Assembly (NCBI GenBank): GCA_001804345.1
Contig: MHFU01000056.1
Location: 11,034-45,458 of the forward strand
Reading direction: 5' to 3'
Length of the DNA: 34,425 nt
From: Omnitrophica bacterium RIFOXYB12_FULL_50_7
Lineage (GTDB): Bacteria > Omnitrophota > Omnitrophia > Omnitrophales > Aquincolibacteriaceae
Shown: one piece after another, positions 25,801 to 31,800 of the stretch
Layout of the letters: each line of letters opens with the position of its first letter
Position numbering within the stretch: the stretch's first letter is position 1
Program-made: the position numbers and the translations under genes
The notes under the pieces: generated by a model
Database searches by the model: none
What the model saw: the letters and a program-made list of their open reading frames with translations, nothing else
Told to the model about the DNA's origin: nothing

Positions 25801-28800
25801 GAGCCGGGCGGGCAGTATCGAGTGGATGGGGTGGAGGACAATGTAGAAAGGCTCAAGCAGTACGCTCGTGAAGACGGATTGAAAGAAAGCTCGGTAGTGG
25901 TGACCTTCCCGAAAGCTTTAAGGCCTGGAGCTTGGCTGGAAATCACCGAGAGAGGCATTGTGAAAATTGAAGGAAAAACCATAGGAATTATCAAAGTCGC
26001 AGCAGGGCCGCACTTTGCCGTGAAAGGGGTGCCACGTTTTCCGGAAGAATTGCGATCACTTTCCGAGAGCTTTTACCAAAAAGAAAACCTTCTATTACCA
26101 ATCTCCCAACCAGAAGACTCTAAAGTTCGCTCCGAGGCAAGGGCGGAACTGCGTTCGAAGGATTTCGAAGAATTTATCACCGGCATCGAAAAATTTGTTA
26201 AACATAAAATTTCAAGGCCGGCCCAGCGGGTATTTTGGAAAACGATTGGCTGGATGCATCGCTACCGTTATTACATCACTCCTGCAGTCGTGGCGATAAC
26301 CGCTCTCGCTTATTACATTTTTCTAAAAGTACAAAATTTTCACGAAAAGAACATCCAAAAACCTCTTCGCATTCAAGAGCAAAAGGATGTCCCGGATTCT
26401 TTTCCATCGAGTGGTGCAACGACTACCGAAAAAAAGTCCAGCCGTTCGGAAGCAAGAAACAATATCGCGCAACCACTTTCAACCTACGCGGTTGAAAGCG
26501 GTTCCCATCCTCGCTCGGAAGAGAGGCGGGACAATATTGAAATAGAAAAACTTTTTCCCGATGATGTTGAGGAGCTTCTAAAGTTTAGAGACAAATATTT
26601 TGTTCCCAGGATTGCCTTGGGACTTGAGAAAGCCAAATGGAAGGAAGTTTTTTACAATATCGCCTATGGAGTTCACACGGATCCGACCATGATTTATCTT
26701 GCCAATGATAAAGAAAAAATTGTGGGCTACGTCACGGCGACGGATTTTTCTTCCTGGGAGAAAAGAAAGGGTGAAGGATGGGTGGGCGAGTTTGCCGTGC
26801 ATCCCGAGTATGAAGATCAAGGACTCGGAACAAACCTTTTTGAAAAGGCGCTGGATTGGCTTAAGGAAAGGGAAGGAGTTCGCGTGATTAAACTGACGGA
26901 TGCCTCCGTCCCAGTAGAGATTGACGGCCAAATGGAGAGCCGGGTTGCCAAAATAGCTCAAAAGTTTGGGTTTGAACTTCCCCCAGGGGAGATAAACGAA
27001 TGGCAATTAGATTTGGGGAAGAGTTCTCAGGTGGACGAATCCGACGAAGACCGGATTTTTTTTGGTGATTGGGGCGATGAAGACGATGATAACGATGAGC
27101 GTTCCGAATTGCGCCGGCCTGTCGGTCAGACAGGGGCCCCCTCAAAATCAGGCGAGACAGCGGTCACAGAGTTGTTTAATGGAATACCTGACAACGAGCG
27201 CAAGCTGATCGGGCCTCAGATGAGGGACGTTATTTTTGGGGACTATAGCGACTTTCAGAGGCAGCTTTTCCGTTCGCAATCCCTTCTGCATATTTATCAA
27301 GAAAACCTTGTTGATTTTTTCCGCCTCCACAAAAAAGACTTTCCCGTTTTGCATCGATATCTCCAGACAATTATCAATAACACCACATACGAAAACTGCT
27401 TACCAACCAACGGCCTCGAGCTTTTGTTTTACCGTGTGGTGCGTGCCCGCTACAGCAAAATAGAGAAGCTTACGGACGCGAGTTTAAAGGCCTTTGACGA
27501 GATTTTGCCAGAATTTGTAAAAACAGTTTCGCTGATATTAGCGAACGCCTATGCAGGTAAAATTAAAACCTCGCCCGCGTTCCGGGAAGCCCTCTTTTTG
27601 AGGGAAGAGATTTTGTACCAAACAAATCCCGAAAAAATCCGGGACATCGGCCGCAGAGTGAAAGAAATTTCAACGAGTCCCTCATGGGATGACGATGGTG
27701 AAGCAAAAAAGCGGGCGGAATTGCGGGAAGAAGATAGAGCAACGGGCACTTCACTCGCCACAACGCGTTGGACGAATCCGCCAACCCTCGAACAGATCCA
27801 GACATTGCGGCAGTTGCAGGAACAGGCGGACATGACTCAGCGGGCATTTGCGAATGCAATCAGAACGCATGAGGCGACTCTCTCTAGGATAAAAGCCGGA
27901 AAAGAATCTGCTCGTTGGGCGGCAGTGCTTATCCAGAGGGCGAAAGAGATTCTCAGGGATAAATTGCAACAGGCGCAGATGCCGGCAACACCGGAACAAA
28001 TCAGGGAATTTCGATCCATTCGGGAGCGTCTGAAGCTTTCTCCGGAGCGGTTCCGGGAGCTTCTTGGGCTTTTGGAGCCCGGAGAGCTATCTTTCAAGAG
28101 AATGGAGGAGCTATTACTAAAAGCAAGGCGGTTGGTTCCGTCTTCTGAAAAAGTTCAAGAATTAATCCGTATCCGGGAAGAAAAAGGATTGAGTCGGCAG
28201 GAGCTGGCTGCCCTGCTAAAAATCCCGGCAGAAACGCTTCTTGCCGCGGAACGAGGAGAAATGATCGCTTCCCAGGTTAAAACTTTGCTCTTGAAACTTA
28301 AACGGAAAAAAGCGTTGCCCAAAGATCCCGATCCGGAAGCGCTGGAAGCCGGAAGACGGTTAAAAACAATACGGGAACAGCATTTCCCGGGTTTGACCCA
28401 GGCGCGATTTGGAAACATGATCAATCCGGACATGAAAAATCCACAGTCCAGCATTTCTATGGCGGAGCGAGGGTTCACCAGCAAGGAAAGGTTCGAGCGG
28501 TTTATTCGATTAGCCCAAGCCCATATAACCGCTCAACCGTCGACTGAAACCGGTCGCGAAATTCGCTCACCCGACAAAGACCCGGTCCTAGGACCGGGTC
28601 TTAGGAAGGGTGAAGGCCGTTCGGAAATTCGTTTTTCAAATTTCCGCACTGAGAGTGGCAAAGCCACCGTGCGTGCGGAGGTGCGTCGCCCCAAGAAGGG
28701 GGGCGGAAAACGGAGGGCAAAAGCTGTGACGCAAAGGAAATCCCAAAAGGCACTTTCTTTATATTCTTTCTTCGGACTTCTGGCAGCCGGAGGTCTTTTT

Positions 28801-31800
28801 CTGGTTGCAGAAAGATTTTTAAACACACCCCTTGAATCTGGCGAGAAAAAACCCGCACCGATCGGTTTAGTTTCCAAAACCGAACGAGCACCGCCTCAAA
28901 GCACGGAGTCTTCATCTGCTGAAAAAGTTGATCCCGTACCTTTTTTCACTCCGGAATCCTTACGAGAAATTTCTCTTGAAAAACTTATCCCGTTGTCCGC
29001 TTTACAGAACTCCTACTTTTGGTTCGATCTTCATTCCGGGGAAAAAGCCGGTGAGCGATTAGCTTCTTTTATCGAACGGATAGCGAAAGAAAAACAAGGA
29101 GCCGATATTTTCCGTATCCGGGTCGTTCGGGAAAATGGCTTTTCTCTTTTAGAAGTTAGAAAAAGAGTCCAAGTGTTGTTTGAAAGAGGAGAGATTTCCG
29201 AGGGTGATTTTAAATGGATAATGAATCTACGCGCTGAAGATTTTAACGATGGAGGAAAGAGAAAAAAAATCGAACGAATCGTTGCCCAGTGTGTGGAACA
29301 AGCCAACGGGGAATGGCCTAGCGAATACCCCTTGGAAAACAAAACTATCTCAGGTGCTACTTTAGAATTTGACCGGGAGCTCCTTGAAAGATTAATAACG
29401 AATGAAGCGTTGGGAAAGAAAATAGTTTTTGTTAATGAAACGGTTCATCTTGAGCCGACGCTTCTCCAGATGGAATATGAACTGCTCAGAGAACAGGCCG
29501 TCAAGGCGCTACTATTCGAAGTGGACGAGAGCCAGGTCTTTGTGGCCTATTTTTCGTTGATCAAGCGATCCATGCAGGCCAAGTACGAGTCACAGGAAAT
29601 TCGGGAAATGAACTATATCCGGGAAAAAATCCTGCCGTTGTTAAAAGATCCCCGACAGGACCAGGATGTTCATGTTTTTCCAAGAGGGACGCAACATTTC
29701 TTTTTACTCGAACATCTTTTCCCTCAGTTGATCGGGGCGCTTTCTTTGCAGCAGCTCTATTTGGTGGAACATGCTTGGGAATATTCCATGGCGGATGTGG
29801 AAAGGATCGGGTTAACGCGGTGGAGAGAAAAACGGTTGGCCGAGGACTTCAGCGAATCCGAGAAAGAAACGCTTCTCAAAGATGCTCTTCATCAACTACT
29901 TCTGATGGTCATGAAGCCGCTTTTTGCCAGCCCGAAGCAGTATGATCCCGAATTGTTTTCGAAAGCGAGCAACTCAGTGCTGAGAAATTTATCAGCCGAG
30001 CAGGTAAAGGAAATTCTAGAAGAGATCCGGTTGCTGAGCCAGCAGATGAAACCTTTACCGGAACCAGAGCAATTCTTTGGTATTTTGGGGTGTGTGACAT
30101 GGGCAAGAATTCAAGATTTGTTGCCGGGTGAATATCGCGATCAATTTATAAAAGTCATCATTGACCGCGAACCGGAACGGCTGAGGATCATTAAGGACCA
30201 TAAAACGGAAGTGAAACCTATTCTTTATTCCGTCCCGCTTGTCCCGCGCTCGGAATTGCGCCTGCCCGCCCAGGAGTCAGTGGCGGGGGCTGCCATTTCG
30301 CCGAAAGCAGAAGGCGATTCGCGCCTCTCAAAAGAAATTCTTAAATATCTTTTAAATTTAGAAAATGCGGCTAAGCGTCCCAATAGCGCTATTCGTCAAA
30401 CCGCTTTTACTATGCGCAGTACGATTCTTGCCGCCTTGGCCGATCAAGGGCGCCGGCTTCCATTGAAGAACAGAGTTTTTGAAACAACCGACGATTTTAG
30501 TATCCGTAACCGCCTGGCGGATTTTGCCGCGTCCATTGATCTTGCGATCACTCTCATCGAACAAGGCCAAACCCCCGACCTTGTTTTTGTTAAAAAGAAA
30601 CTTACTGACCGTGATCCGCGTATTCGCCAAGCCGCTTTTAAGGCCTCGGTTTCTCTTGCGGCGGCCTTGTTCAAAAAAAGTAAAAAACCCAATCTTTCTT
30701 TTTTGAAAAATGCATTACTTGATACGGATCCTTATGTTCGCGCCGATGGCCTTATCGCCTTTAGCATGATTACCGCCACTCTCATTGACCAGAAAAGAAT
30801 CAAACTCCCCGATCCTTACCTGGATGCTGTCGAAGCCGCTAAAGCTGTTGCGCGCACGGTTACAAATTCCTTCACGGATTATGGGCAACCCTCCGAGCCC
30901 TCTCTCTTTGATTTAGCACTTTTCGATAAAGCGACACCCATTTCTCAAGCGATTATTATTGCCCTTGGGAACATCGCGGCCGCTTTGATCAGACATGGCA
31001 GGATTTCCAGCCTTGTTTTTTTTATAGGGAGACTTACCGACCATGATCCGCGTATTCGCCAGGCCGCTGTTACGGCTTTTGGTACTATTACCTGCGCCCG
31101 TATTGACCAGGGTAAACCTCCTCAATTTTCTTTCTTTAATACAGTTCTCAAAGATCCTGATTCGGAAGTTCGCCAAGCCGCTGTCACGGCTTTAGGCGAT
31201 GTTGACACGGCTCTCGGCAAACGAGGCCCAATCCCCAATCTATCTTCTTTTGATACAGCTTTTAATGATTCCAACTCAAGGGTTCGAACGGCGGCCGTTA
31301 CTGCTTTCGGCGCTGTTGCGGCAGCTTCGATCAAGCATCAATACCGGATCCCTGAATTGTCTCTTTTTCATAAGGCCTTTGCTGACACTAATCCTGATGT
31401 TCGCAAAGCCGCTTTCACAGCTTTCAGCACTGTCGCCATTCGCTGCATTAACCAGGGGCAGACTCTTCCTGACCTTTCTCCCTTTAATAATGTTGAAAAC
31501 GATCCAGATGAAAGCGTTTACACGACAGCTCTTATCGCTTTTGATGCCATTGCCGCCGCTTCTATTAGGCGAGGCCAAAATCCTGATCTATCTCCTCTTA
31601 ATAAAGCCCTTTCTGATTTCAGCGGAGATGTTCGGGCTACCGCCCTTATCGCCTTCGGCGCTGTCAGTGCCAGCCGTATCGATCAAGGTCAAACTCCCGA
31701 CTTGTCTCTTTTTCAAAGGAAGCCCAAAGATACCGACCCGCGTATTCAGCAAGCCCTGCTCATTGCCTTGGGTGCTGTAACAGCGGCGGAGATCCGGCAA

